Shown here piece by piece: positions 11,233 to 24,168 of a stretch of DNA of 64,000 bases. The notes under the pieces were generated by a model. That model made no database searches and was not told where the DNA came from. It worked only from the letters and a program-made list of their open reading frames with translations. The number at the start of each line of letters is the position of its first letter. Position 1 is the stretch's first letter. Source of the DNA: the human T2T-CHM13v2.0 reference genome, Homo sapiens; assembly GCF_009914755.1 (NCBI RefSeq), contig NC_060947.1; one strand, 5' to 3'. Both the position numbers and the translations under genes were made by a program.

Positions 11233-11777
11233 TTTGTAGAAATCACTGGACAGGAGAGACCAATGGGTGGGATAGGAGGATTTTATTAGGTGGCCACTAA
11301 CTCAGTGGATTAACATCCAAGGGCTGAGCCCCAAATAAAGACAGGGCTTGATTTTTATAGATACATCTGAAAAGGGCATGAAACCTGTAAGGCGAGTAAG
11401 CAAGCTTACAAAAGCAGAACAAAGGCAGTTTATCAGTGACAGGTTTTATAACTCAGGCATGTCTTGTGACCTTTGCCATACTGCACAGCTGGAAAACAGG
11501 AACTTACAAAATCCTTACAAGCTTGCAGAAATAGTTATGAGAGGAGAAAAAAGGAATAACGGAGTGGGGAAAGAATTTCAAAGGGGTAAACTGATAAGAA
11601 GAACTTGTTTCTCTTATCCCTGCTCCTGAAGCCCATTGCTTCTGGGCCCCAGCTCTGCTGATAATGCTGTCAAAGCCCTGGGAGAGCCCTGCTTATCACT
11701 GGGCCTTGGAGTGAGTCAGCCCAGTACAGAGAACTTGTTTTTCTCTCTTTTCCTTTCCTTTTACATCTCCTGCTTTA
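11233..11777 (-). mobile_element. ERVL solo LTR, probably LTR47-type, inside L1 5'UTR
   Basis: Perfect 5-bp TSD CTGCT (11228-11232, 11778-11782); minus-strand AATAAA near its 3' end; start T(A)AAGCAGGAGATG..CAAGTTCTCTGTACTGGGCTGACTCACTCCAAGG recalls LTR47. Confidence 0.7.
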
Positions 11778-11859
11778 CTGCTACTGGCTCAATAGCTCTA
11801 GCAGGGAATGGCTGGAGGCCCAGGCACAGAGGACTTTCCTGATGATGAGATATGGAAAC

Positions 11860-12560
11860 AGGCACCCACATAACAGTCTGGCAACTTTTCCATACAGCTG
11901 CTGTGGTATGCTTGGGGCCCATTCTAATTCCTCATCACTTTGGATTTCCAGTACATGGAGGTTTTACCAGTGAAAGCTGTGAAACGCCAAATTGCAGCCT
12001 TTCCCTCCATCTGGGAGCTTAGTCCAAGGGAGGTAAGGTCCTGTTGCTGGTCCAAAGGCACTTGTAGGAAGTGGCTGGAGACTACGGTTTAGAGGTCCTG
12101 GTCAGTGAGGAGAAACGGGGCTGGAAACCCACTTACAAAAGCAGTCTGGACACATTTTGGTAGAGCAGCTATGCTGTGCTGGTGGTCCACTTCAGCCTCT
12201 GGTGGCCTCAGACACTCCAAAGCCCAAAGGGTGGAATGGCTAAAGTTGACAAAAAAGCAAAGATGGTGGCCTGCCCCTCCATCTGGGAGCACCATCCCAG
12301 GGGGAACCCAAAGCTCTTTGGCAAGAGAACATAAATGTTGGTGGATTGTGGCCCCCACTGGTAGGTCCCACCCAGCAAGAAGTGGGATCTGGGACCTGCT
12401 CAAAGAAGCACTCTGGCCATGTTTTATTAGAGCAGCTGTGCTGTGCTAGGGGATTTTTTTCTGCCCCCGGTTGGCTCAGTCTTTCCAAAGCCTGAAGCCT
12501 GGAATAGCTAAGTCATCCAAACAGCAAAGATGGCAATCCCCCCACTTCCACCTCGTGGGA
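11860..12560 (-). repeat. Degenerate ~267-bp repeat units of the L1 5'UTR
   Basis: cagtctgg...cagct(a/g)(t/c)(g/t)..gtg..tgct motif recurs at ~11874, ~12141 and ~12408; such arrays are known in older primate L1 5'UTRs. Confidence 0.7.
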
Positions 12561-13155
12561 ACTTCTTCTAAGTGAGGTGCAATGCCACTACCAGTGGCTG
12601 GCTGGAATTCCAAGCCAGTGTTCTTATCTTGTGAGGTTCCATGGTAGTGGGGCCTGAAGGCCATCGCTGCTCAACCCACTGGAATCAGTATCTTTCCTAG
12701 GGGTATGTACAGAGGTCTAACCTCCCACTCTGCTAGAGCTCTAGCTACTTTTGCCAGAAAGTCTGAGTATCTAAGTCTCCAGGGTCTGCATACATGCATG
12801 AGCAGCTGCTCTGCTGAGACTCCACATAGCTCTGTCTGTCAGACTGAAGGCCCTGGCAGAGTGTGTTCATGAAGAGATCTGCTAACCCAAGGATTGCAAA
12901 GATCCATGGGAGAAGTGTGGTTTCCTAGGGACACATATTCACTTACTGCTTCCCTGGGCAGGAGATGTGCCCCTGGCTCTGTGTTACTCCCAGGTGGGCC
13001 ATTATCTTGTATTGCTTTTCTTCATTCTCCAGAGATCATGTTGTTTCCTTGATTAGTCCCAATGGGAGCACCTGGATGGTTCAGCTGAAGGTTTTTTGTT
13101 TACTCACCTTTCGATTCCTTTTTGTGAGAGCCATACACACTAAATGCTTTTAGTC

Positions 13156-13168
13156 AACCATCTTGGCC
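13156..13168 (-). promoter_or_regulatory. YY1-type site at L1 5' end (GGCCAAGATGGTT)
   Basis: Reverse complement of aaccatcttggcc; the CAAGATGG core marks the L1 5' terminus (canonical GCC after ATG is mutated). Confidence 0.6.
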
Positions 13169-13449
13169 ACTCCTGCAACAGTTTCTTTACTTTCTCTGTC
13201 TTTTATTTTTACATGGTTGTATAAGCCTATCATTAATTCACCCTCAATTACTGAACAGAACTTTACAATTTTTTTCAGTGTTGTAGAATATATTACATTA
13301 TCATATTATTATAAAGGTTGTTATATTATATTATAACATATCATACAAATGCTATAATATATATAATAATATATATTGTTATAGATAAATATTTATATTG
13401 GAATCCTATGTATTTATATTTTAATCTGGTCTGTTAAATCTTTAGGTGT

Positions 13450-15731
13450 TGATATGGTTTTGCTCTGTGTCCCCATCCAAATCTCATCTTGAATTGTACT
13501 CCAATAATTCCCATGTGTTGCAGGAGGGACACAGTGGAAGATAATTTGAATCATGGGGGCAGTTTCCCCTATACTGTTCTCATGACAGTGAATAAGTCTC
13601 ATGAGATCTGATGATTTTATCAGGGGTTTCCACTTTTGCATCTTCCTCATTTTCTATTGCTGCCATCATGTAAGAAATGCCTTTCACCTTCCACCATGAT
13701 TCTGAGGCCTCCCCAGCCATATGGAACTTTAAGTCCAATTAAACCTCTTTTTCTTCCTAATTTCGAGGATGCCTTTTATCAGCAGTATGAAAATGGACCA
13801 ATACAGTAAATTGGTACCAGTAGAGTGGGGCATTGCTTAAAAGATAACTGAAAATGTGGAAGCAACTTTGGAACTGGGTAACAGGCAGTGGTTGGAACAG
13901 TTTAGAGGGCTCAGGAGAAGACAGGAAAATGTGGAAAAGTTTAGAACCTCTGAGAGACTTGCTGAATGGCTTTGACAAAAATGCTGATAGTGATATGAAC
14001 AATAAGGTCCAGGCTGAGGAGGTATCAAATGGAGAAGAGTAAGTTGTTGGGAACTGGAGTAAAAGTGACTCTTGTTCTGTTTTAGCAAAGAGAATGATGG
14101 CATTTTGTCCCTGCCCTAGAAATTTGTGGAACTTTGAACTTGAGAGAGATAATTTAGGGTATCTGGAGAAAGAAATTTCTAAGCAGCTAAGCATTCAAGA
14201 GTTGACTTGGATGCTGTTAAAAGCATTCAGTTTTAAAAGGGAAACACAGCATAAAATTTCAGAAATTTTGCAGCCTGACAATGTGGTAAAAAAGAAAAAA
14301 AAATTTTTTGAGAGGAAATTCAAGCTGGCTGCTCAAATTTGCATAAGTAATGGGAAGCTGAGTGTTAATCCCTAAGACAATAGGAAAAATGTCTCCAGGG
14401 CATGTCATAGGTCTTCATGGCAGCCCCTTCCATCATAGACCCAGAAGCTTAGGAAGAAAAATGGTTTCCTGGGCTGGGCCCAGAGTCTCCATGCTTTGTA
14501 CAGCCTAGGGACTTGGTGCCCTGCATCCCAGACACTACAGCTATTGCTAAAATGGGCCAAGGTGAGCTCAGCCCATCATTTCAGAGGGCGCAAGCCACAA
14601 ACCTTTGCATCTTCCACATGGTTTTGAGTCTGCAGGTGCACAGAAGTCAAGAATTGAGGTTTGGGAACCTCCACCTAGATTTCAGAAGGTGTATGGAAAT
14701 GCCTGGATGCCCAGGCAAAAATTTGCTGCCAGGATGGGGCGCTCATGGAGAACCTCTGCTAGGGCAATGCAGATGGAAAACGTGGGTTGGGAGCCCCCAC
14801 ACAGAGTCCATACTGGGGCACCGCCTAGTGAAGCTGTGAGAAGAGGGCCACCTTCCTCCAGACCCCAGAATGGTAGATCCACTGACAGCTTGTACCATGT
14901 GCCTGGAATGTCACAGACACTCAACTCCAGCCCATGAAAGCATCCAGGAAGGGGGATATGCCCTGCAAAGCCACAGGGGCATAGCAGCCCAAGACTATGG
15001 GAACCTTCCTTTTGCATCAGCGAGACCTGAATGTGAGATATAGAGTCATAAGAGATTATTTGTGAGCCTTAAAATTTTATTGCTTCATTGGATTTCAGAC
15101 TTGCATGGTCCCTGTAACCCCTTTGTTTTGGCCAATTTCCTCCATTTGGAATGGCTGCATTTACCTAATACTGGTACACCCATTGTATCTAGGAAGTAAC
15201 TAGCTTGATTTTGAATTTACAAGCTCATAGATGGAAGGAACTTGCCTTGTCTCAGATGAGACTTTGGACTGTGGACTTTTGTATTAATGCCGAAATGAGT
15301 TAAGACTTTGGGGGACTGTTGGGGAGGCATGATTGGTTTTGAAATGTGAGAACATGAAACTTGGAGGGGCCAGGGTGGAATGATATGATTTGTCTCTGTG
15401 TCCCCACCCAAATATCCTCTTGAATTGTACTCCTATAATTTCCATATGTTGTGAGAGGGACCTGGTGCGAGATAATTTGAATCATGGGGCGGTATCCCCC
15501 ATGCTGTTCTCATGGTAGTGAATAAGTCTCACGAGATCTGATGGTTTTATCAGGGGTTTCTGCTTTCGCATCTCCCTCATTTTCTATTGCCACCACCATG
15601 TAAGAAGTGCCTTTTGCCTCCTGACATGATTCTGAGGCCTCCTCAACCATATGGAACTGTAAGTTCAATTAAACCTTTTTTCCCCAGTTTTGGGTATGTC
15701 TTTATCAGCAGGATGAAAACAGACTAATACG
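13450..15731 (+). mobile_element. THE1A full-length MaLR element: LTR 13450-13805, internal 13806-15380, LTR 15381-15731
   Basis: THE1A-type LTR text (GATAATTTGAATCATGGGG, TTTATCAGGGGTTTC); ~1.58-kb internal region; TSD GGTGT/GGTCT. Confidence 0.95.
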
Positions 15732-15736
15732 GGTCT

Positions 15737-16555
15737 ATTGCACAGTTATGATCACATGGCATACCTTCACCAGCATCTTAGAAATTCATTTTGCATCTCT
15801 CCTGTAATAAATCTCCTGTCTCCGTGATATCAACTTTGTTTATTTTCTCCTAATTTTGGAAGAACATATCATATCCTCCATGTGCTTTGTAAAAAAGTAC
15901 TCATTTTCTGAGAATCTACAAATGAAGAATTTGTTTTGATCTACTCTCACAATTGAATTGTTTAGCATTGAACTTTAAAATATGAATAATTTCTCTCTTA
16001 AATTTGGAAGATTTTGCTCTATTGTTTTTTGCTTCTACTGTTAAGAAATTCAGTATCATACTATTTGTGTCTTGATAAAGGATAGGTTTTATTGTCTCAT
16101 TTCTGGAAGTGAATAAAATTCTCTTTAACTAAAAATGCAATGATGATGAACATTGCTGTAGTCCTTTCCTTTAGCTGTTACGGTTATTTTGCTTAAATAT
16201 TAGGACTTTTCAATAGGAAAATCATGTATTTTATTTCTACAAGATTCTGTGCCTGTATGTATGTGTTGTGTGTGAGAGAGAGAGAGGAAGAAAGAGAGAG
16301 AGAAAGAAAAAACAGAAAATAGAGATATTTGTTTTACAATTAGCTTTATTATTTATAAGAATAGTGTATAAATATTGAACTTTATGTTAAATTATATGTG
16401 AGTTTTCTCTTCTATTTTTATATTTTTGTCTTTCTGTTCTACATTTATGGTGATAATTTATATACCAAACTTTTAATTTATTTTCTTTTAGTTTCAGCTG
16501 CTATATGTTTAATTTCCAAGATCACATCTTGACCTCATACTGTTTTGTATATTTA
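15737..16555 (-). mobile_element. Highly decayed L1M fragment
   Basis: T-rich, weak resemblance to antisense L1M ORF1 (tttggaagattttgctctattg...cttctactgttaagaaattcag). Confidence 0.4.
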
Positions 16556-16559
16556 CAAT

Positions 16560-19555
16560 CTAGCATAAAACCCAAAGAAATCATAAAAACAACAATAGCC
16601 CAAGTCCAAATTTATCAGAAGAAAAAAAATAAATATCAGAGAAGAAAAAAATAGAATTGTGATAAGAAAACAATTTTACAAAGGTTAATAAAATGAAAAG
16701 TTGGTTCTTTGAAAACATAAAAAACTCATTAGTATAGCCAAAAAAGGAGAAGAAAGATTGAAATAAACATAAGTAGAAATATTAAAAATAAACATTACAA
16801 GCAATATTACGGAAATACCAAATATTATCAGAGACTACTATAAACAACTCTATGCTCACAAACAAAAAATCCTAGAGAAAATGAACAAGTCCTTGGAAAC
16901 ATACAGCCTATCAAATTAAATGAGGGAGTAATAGAAATCCTGAACCACCAATAATAAGCAATGAGATTGAATTGGCAATTTAAAAAATTATCAATAAATA
17001 AAAAGCCCAGAACCAGATGGATTCACAGGTGAATTCCACCAAATGTATAAAATACTGGTACTTCTGCTCTTCAATCTGTTCCAAAAATCTCGGAAGATAA
17101 TCCTACTTAACTTAGTCTATGAAGTCAGTATCATTCTAATACTAAAGACAGGCAAGGAAAAAACAAAGAAAATAATGTGTAAAACTAAACACCAGTATCC
17201 CTGATAAACATAGATGCAGAAATCCTCAAGAAAATACTAGCAAACTGAATCCAACATTATATCAAAAATGTATCATGATCAAATGGGTTTTATTCCAGGA
17301 ATACAAGGTTGTCTCAACATATGTAAATCAATAAATGTGATTCACCACATAAACAGAAATAAAAACCAAAACCATATGATCATCTCTAGAGATGCAGAAA
17401 AGGCATTTGATAAAATTCAGCATCTCTCCATAATAAAAACCCTTAATAAACTAGACATAGAAGGAACATACCTCAAAATAATAAAGACCAAATATGGCAA
17501 ACACGCAGCCAGTATCATAATGAATAAAACAAATTTGAAGGCAGTCTCACTAAGAATTAAAACAAGACAAGGATGTCCACTACCACCACTGTTACTCAGT
17601 ATTTTACTGGGAGTTTTAGCTAGAGCAATCAGAAAGAAAAGAAATAAAAAGCATATAAATTGGAAAAGGGGATGTCAGATTATCTTTGTTCATTTACAGT
17701 ATAATCTCATACAGATAAAATATTAGACTCCTCAAAAAACTTTTAGATTTGATTAATGAATTCAGTAAAATTTCAGGATATAAAAATCAGTGTGCAAAAA
17801 TCAGTAATATTACTATATACCAGTAATGATCAAGCTGCGAACCAAATCAAAAAAGCAATTCCATTTACAACAGTTACAAGAAAAGGTACCCAGGAAAACA
17901 GTTAATCAAGGAGATAAAATAAAAAATTTCACTTATAAAAGAAATAGTAAATGACACAAACAAATGGAAAAATATTTTATGGTCATATATAAAATAAATT
18001 AATATAATTAAAATGATCGTACTGTCCAAAGCTGTCTACAGATTGACATCGCTATGTCAATCCAACCCCATCAAAATACTAACATCATCTTTTGCAGAAT
18101 TGGAAAGCAAAATTATAAAACGTATACGGGACCAAAAAAGAGCCCAAATACCAAAGCAATGCTAAGCAAAAGGAGCAAAGCTGGAGGCATCACATTACCT
18201 GACCTCAAATTATATAGCTTCAAATTATATACGACCTCAAATTACATAGTTACTATAGCAAGTCTATTATGACCAAAACAGCATGGTACCAGCATAAAAA
18301 TAGACATTTGGATTATGGAACAGAATAGGGAACTGTATTAGGTCATTCTTGTGTTGCCATAATAAAATACCTAAGATTGGGTAATTTATAAAGAAAAGAG
18401 GTTTAATTGGCTCATGGTTCTGCAGACTTTACAAGAAGTATGGTGTATGGTGCAGACATCTTCTTGGCCTCTGGGGAGGTCTCAAGAAGCTTACTATAAT
18501 GGCAGAAGGTGAAAGGGGAGCAGTCATCGCATATGGTGGGAGAGAGAACGAGAGAGAGAGAGGAGGTGCTGCACATTTTTAAAAGACAAGAACCCACGAA
18601 TTATCACAAAGACAGCACCAAGCCATGAGGGATTCACCTCCCATGACCCAGGCACCTCCCACTAGGACCTTTCTCTGGCATTGGAGATGATAATTACATA
18701 TGATGTTTGGGCAGGGACGAATATCCAAACTATATCAGGAACCTAAAAATAAAGCCACATATCTACAGCTAACTAACTTTTCACAAATTTGAAAGAATTA
18801 TATATTGGGGAAAGTACACCATTTTAAATAAATAGTATTAGAAAAATTAGATGGTGATATGCAAAAAAGTGAAACTGAACCCCTATCTCTCATCATATAC
18901 AAAAATCAACACAACATGGGTTAAAACTTAAATATAAGATTTTAAACTGTTAAAATACTAGATAAAAACCTAGGCAAAATTCATCTGTACATTGTTCTAG
19001 AGCAACACTAGTACACTATTTTGGGGAATGTAAATTAGCACATCTATGAAAGACAGTGTGGAGATTTCTCAAAGAACTAAAATTACAACTGTCATTCAAT
19101 CCACTAGTTCCACTACTGTGTACCTACCCAAAAGAATAAAACTAAGTGTCCATCAGCAGATGAATGGACAAAGAAAATGTGCTGTATAAACACAGTGAAA
19201 TATTATTTTGCCATATAAAAGATATAGGTAATGTATTTTGCAACAACATGGATGAAACTGAAGGCAGTAAACTTAAATGAAACAACTCAGAAACAGATGA
19301 TAGTCAAATACTTTATGTTCTCATTTACAAGTGGAAGCTAAATAATATGTACACATAGACTTAGAGTGTGAAATAATAAACATTGAAGACTCAGAAGAGT
19401 GAGAGGCTGAGAGAAGATGAGGGATGAGAAATTGCTTAATGAGTAAAAGATACATTATTTGGGTAATATTTACAATAAAAGCTTAGACTTCACCGTGAAA
19501 CAATATATCCTTATAACAAAACTGCATTTGTGCCTGTTAAATGTAAACAAATATA
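16560..19555 (+). mobile_element. 5'-truncated L1MA-type element (ORF2 plus 3'UTR, internal deletions near 19000 and 19140)
   Basis: ORF 17268-17726 [30 protein letters not shown] is L1 RT; 3'UTR ends CAATATATCC..TAACAAAACTGCATTTGTGCC. Confidence 0.92.
18334..18737 (-). mobile_element. MSTB-type MaLR solo LTR inserted in L1
   Basis: TGTATTAG...CCAAACTATATCA termini; perfect TSD GGAAC (18329-18333, 18738-18742). Confidence 0.9.
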
Positions 19556-21001
19556 TCAATTATGTTTTGATTACTAATTATATTGTTTTAATTATTGTGT
19601 CATTTCTTTTTTTAATATTATATGCCTGTCCCTTTACCCATTTTTCTGTTGAGTTGTTTATAGTTTGCTGACCAATTTGTAGTGGATAGTAATATTTTTT
19701 GTTTGTTATGATATAACTACCTTTCATAAATTTTTGGCTTACTCTTAACTTTATAGTTTTTGTGATGAAGAGAGATGTTTAATATTAAAGAGTTTACATC
19801 TTCTAACATTTGTGCTTCTTGCTCAAAAAGACAATCCAACCTTTATAAAATTATCTCTTAAATTGCCATCTAAAACTTGTATATATTATTACATTTATAT
19901 TTTAGTATGTAAATAATTTATATTACATATGTTATTATATATTATGAATATACATCGTGTAATATAATGTTAATATATATTTTGTTGTTTGTATATGTGA
20001 TGAAGGAGGCTCAAATACTTTTTGCATATTCATATCTAATTATTCAATCACCAATAATTACATAGGTCAGCTGTAACCATTGTTGTTCAAAGCTTACATT
20101 GGCATAATTTTTATACTTGTTATATGATTTTAAAAATTGACTCCCCTTTGTACTTTGTCCTCAAGGACTGTCTCAAATGCTTTCAGGCCTTTATTCTTCA
20201 ATATAGGTTTTATAATCAACTTGACAAGTTTCATAAAAAATGTTGTTGGCTGTTTGATTTACATCTTGTATATTAAAAATCCCTATATATTAAATAGGAG
20301 GTTACAGACATTTTAGATACTGAGTCTTCCTATAAAACAAATAAAATCATATAAAACTCATTAACATGTAATAATGTCTTTCAATGAAGTTTTGTAATTT
20401 TTCTTCAAAATATTCTTAAGTACATTTTTCAGATTTTAGAAATTTTATATATCGATCACTCTTTTTAATAATATTTATAAAATACCTTTTCATTTTTGAA
20501 TAACTATAGCTTTACAAGTAATTCAAATATAGATAGAAAAATTTCCTTATACTCTCACCCAATGTGCTTTTTGATTATCATTTCACATTACTGTGGTATA
20601 TTTATCAAAACTTAAATTTCAATATTTGTACTTCGCTATTAACTAAACTCCAGACTTTATTTAAATGTACAATTTCTTCATTGATACAATTATTCTGTTC
20701 CAGGATTCAATCCAGGATATCACATTGAATTTAGTTTTCATGTATTTGTAGTTTCTTCTAGTGTGTGACTGTTTCACAATATTATTTTTATTGTTTATTA
20801 TAACCTTTATTATATTGAGAAATATTGGTTATGTGTTTGGTGTAACATCACTCGAATTGAAATTTTTAATATTTTTCTCATGCTAACAATTATTTTTGAA
20901 TGGATATTATATAGACAAAGTACTCTTTTTATCACATCAGTGGTTCATGATATTTGTGACTTCATTTGTATAGTTAATATTGGCCACCTGGTTAAGATGG
21001 T

Positions 21002-21370
21002 TGATATGGTTTGACTCTGTGCCCCCATCCAAATCTCATGTCCAGTTGTAATTCCCAATGTTGGTGGAGGCACCTCATGGGGGCGGATTTCCCCTTTGCT
21101 GTTCTTGTGATACTGAGTGAGTTTTCATGAGATCTGGTTGTTTAAAAGTGTGTAGCACTTACTTCCCCCTTCCCTCTCTCTCTCCTGTTTCACCATGGTA
21201 AGATGTACTTGCTTCCCCTTCACCTTCCACCATAATTGTTAAGTTTACTGAGGACACCCAGTCATGCTTCCTGTGCAGCCTGACAAACTGTGAGTCAATT
21301 AAACCTCTTTTCTTCATAAATTACCCAGTCTCCGGTAGTTCTTGTAGCAGTGTTAGAACGGACTAACACA
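21002..21370 (+). mobile_element. THE1D/MSTA-type solo LTR
   Basis: TGATATGGTTTG...GGACTAACACA; perfect TSD ATGGT. Confidence 0.9.
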
Positions 21371-22692
21371 ATGGTGTTTGCCATGTATCTCCACTATAAA
21401 GTTTTTGGAAGATTACTAAATTGAGACAACAAAGTGGGAGGGGTAAACTATATCCTTTACAGGAATATATCTGTATATATAATTTGAAATTCTTCTATAA
21501 GAAAAATTTGTCTCTTCTCTCTTGTTTACCTACTCATTTTGTTATAAAAATATGGATTCATATATTTTTATTCTATAATTTAGGTAGTCACTCAATACAG
21601 TGTTATGAGTTTATGGATCAACTTTTTTCCAGCTTTAGCTATTGAAAATTCTTTTAGTTTGCTCCTGTGTGCTTTTAAAATGCCCATATTCTTTTGAGTT
21701 TTTTTCAGTATTTCTATGTTTTTAGCAGTACAATCTAGAACCTAGTTTTATCTTTTGATTTTCCTTACTAAGCTCTAGAATCAACCCTTGTTACATGAAG
21801 CTGTGGTTCTTTTTATCAGAGAATGGCATTTAGAGATCGAGATCTGGGCAGTGGAGGATGTTTGCTGTTTCTGGGGAGTAATTACTTGTTAATCTCCTCA
21901 GCAAACAGTGCTAGATTTTATATAGATGTATATTATTTACGTACAAACACACACACATACATATGTTAATTTACAATTGTTTTGTTATCTAGCGTTATTA
22001 TATTTATTAAACTAAGTAGAAATTCATACTGATGTCTCTGACTCTACACCAGTATTGCAGAGTTTATTCTAGTCTCTGCTTTTTTTTTTTTTTACCTGTA
22101 ACTTCTCTGTTCCAGTGAGAAAACTTGCTTCTTCATATGTAATTCATTTACCTGTTTGTCCTACCTCAGTATATACGTAAATCAATTTTAGAATTGTTAA
22201 GCTGTATCTCTATAAAAAACAAATTTACAAAGTAAAGTACAATGTTATTGTATAGTTCCTTTTGTTTTTATTCTTATAGTTCCAAGTCAAAACACCATTT
22301 TCCAAAGTTATGTCAACTCTTATTTTCCCAACTTCTTTTAGAGTGTTTATAAAAGTTTGATTATTGGGTATAAACTTGTATCATATATATGCAAGACAGA
22401 TTTATTTGCAACTTGCTGAATTCTGTTCTGGAATTCCCCAATATTTTGTTGGAATTTTATGTAATTTGTACATATTACAGTTTATTATTACTTAATATCT
22501 ACAGTGCTACAGGTTTTGACAAAAAATAATATATAGAGTCATGTATTCTCCATCCTAGTACCATATATTGGAATACTTGCATCACAATAAAATTCCCTTT
22601 GCTCACTCATACCATTTTTAGTCTAATTATTCCCTGCTCAATCCAAACAAGGCAATCACTGATCTTTTATTGTTTTTGCTGTTGTCCCTGTA

Positions 22693-23057
22693 CAGGCATG
22701 CCTAGTTTTATTGTACTTTGCTTTATTGTGCTTTGCATACGCTGCTTTTTTTCTTTCTTTTTTTTTTTTTTTACAAATAGAAAGTTTGTGGCAAGTCTGC
22801 TTTGAAAAGTCTATCAGCACCATTTTTCTAACTGCATGTGTTCACTTTATTAGAATTTTAACAATAAAATATTTTAATTAAGGTATGTACATTTTAGACA
22901 AAATGCTATTTGCACACTTAATAGGCTATAGTATAGTGTAGTCATAATTTTTATATGCACTAGGAAATAATAAAATTTAAGTGACTTGCTGAGTTGCAAT
23001 ATTTGCTTTATTGCCATGGTCTGAAACCAAAACCACAACACCTCCCAGGTATGCCTA
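22693..23057 (+). mobile_element. Tigger1 (TcMar/pogo) internal-deletion derivative, 365 bp
   Basis: Terminal inverted repeats CAGGCATGCCT... / ...AGGTATGCCTA, TA on both flanks; both ends match Tigger1 termini. Confidence 0.9.
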
Positions 23058-23274
23058 TAGTTTTACCATTTCTAGGGTGTCATAAGAGTGAAACAATATA
23101 ATTCATAGCATTTGGGGTCAGAAATATTTTACTTAGGAAAATGCATTTAAGATTCATCCATGTTTTTGTGTTAATCAATACCTATTTCTTTTTGTTGCTG
23201 AATGGTATTTTATTGTATGTAATAAGTATGCTTATCAACTCACTTCTTGAAGGCTATCTTGGTTGTTGTCACAT

Positions 23275-23662
23275 TGTATTAGTCTGTTCTCATGCTTCTG
23301 TAAAGACATACACAAGACTGGGTAGTTTATGAAGGAAAAAGATTTAATTCACTCACAGTTCAGCATGGCTGGGGAGGCCTCAGGAAACTTACCATCATGA
23401 CTGAAGGTGAAGAGGAAGCAAGCACCTTCTTCACAAGGCAGCAGGAAGGAGAAGTTCTGAGCAAAGGATGCAAAGCCCCTTATAAAACCATCAGATCTCT
23501 TGTGAACTCACTATTATGAGAAAAGCATGGGGATAACCACCCCCCTTATTCAATTACCTCCCACTGGGTCCCATCCACCACATTTGGAGATCATAGGAAC
23601 TACAATTTAAGATAAGATTTGGGTGGGTACCAAATCTGGGTGGTACCAGCCAAACCATATCA
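23275..23662 (-). mobile_element. THE1C/D solo LTR
   Basis: TGTATTAGTCTGTTCTCATGC...CAGCCAAACCATATCA; TSD CACAT/CATAT. Confidence 0.9.
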
Positions 23663-23777
23663 CATATTTTAGTCATGAATGAAACTGCTATAAACTTTTG
23701 TATAGGTTTTTGGTGTGAACCACTTTTTCCTTTTTCTGGTGTTAAATATCTAAAAATGTGGTTATTGTGTTGTGTAG

Positions 23778-24168
23778 TGTTAATGACTGCATGTTTGTGT
23801 TGCACCATAATCTACATATTAAAGCCCCACTCCCCAATGAGATGGTATTTGCAGGTTGGACTTTTGGAAGACAAATAGATTTAGATGAACTCATTAAGTT
23901 GGAGCTTTTATGAGTGCCCTTATGAAAAGAGAGAGAGAAGATCACTCTTACTCTTTCTCGCTTGCTCTCTCTTTCTTTGTTATGTGAGGACACAGCAAGA
24001 ATATGGAAAGTGGCCATCTGGAAGCCAGGAAGAGGACCCTCACCAGTAACCAAATGTTCCAGCACCTAAATCTTGAATGTCTCAGTCTCCAGAACTGTGA
24101 GAAAGAAATATCTATATTTAAGCACCCAGTTTTTGGTATTTTTTACAGCAACCCAAGCTGACGAATAC
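23778..24168 (+). mobile_element. MLT1A/MLT1A0-type solo LTR
   Basis: gactgcatgtttgtg start; gtgaggacacagcaag..ccctcaccag..ccagaactgtgagaaa..cagcaacccaagctgac. Confidence 0.8.

Larger units (their letters stand above)
7203..13173 (-). mobile_element. L1PA15/16-like L1: complete 5'UTR, ORF1, ORF2 endonuclease to start of RT; 3' half missing
   Basis: Decayed peptides [23 protein letters not shown] (RT), LHPKPTEYTFFS..YSKINHI (EN), ENLQARRDW..PRISYPAKLSF (ORF1); 5' tip reads GGCCAAGATGGTTGACTA on the minus strand. Confidence 0.92.

Noticed and set aside
11860-12560. Repeat-spacer-like periodicity suggesting a CRISPR-like array
   Set aside because: Long degenerate units within an L1 5'UTR in eukaryotic DNA; no short identical repeats, no cas genes
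17268-17726. 152-aa reverse transcriptase ORF as a possible domesticated RT
   Set aside because: Ordinary stop-free stretch of a decayed L1 ORF2; ends before an intact catalytic motif
18201-18249. Triplicated TCAAATTA(T/C)ATA unit in L1 ORF2
   Set aside because: Local slippage in dead L1; no sign of function
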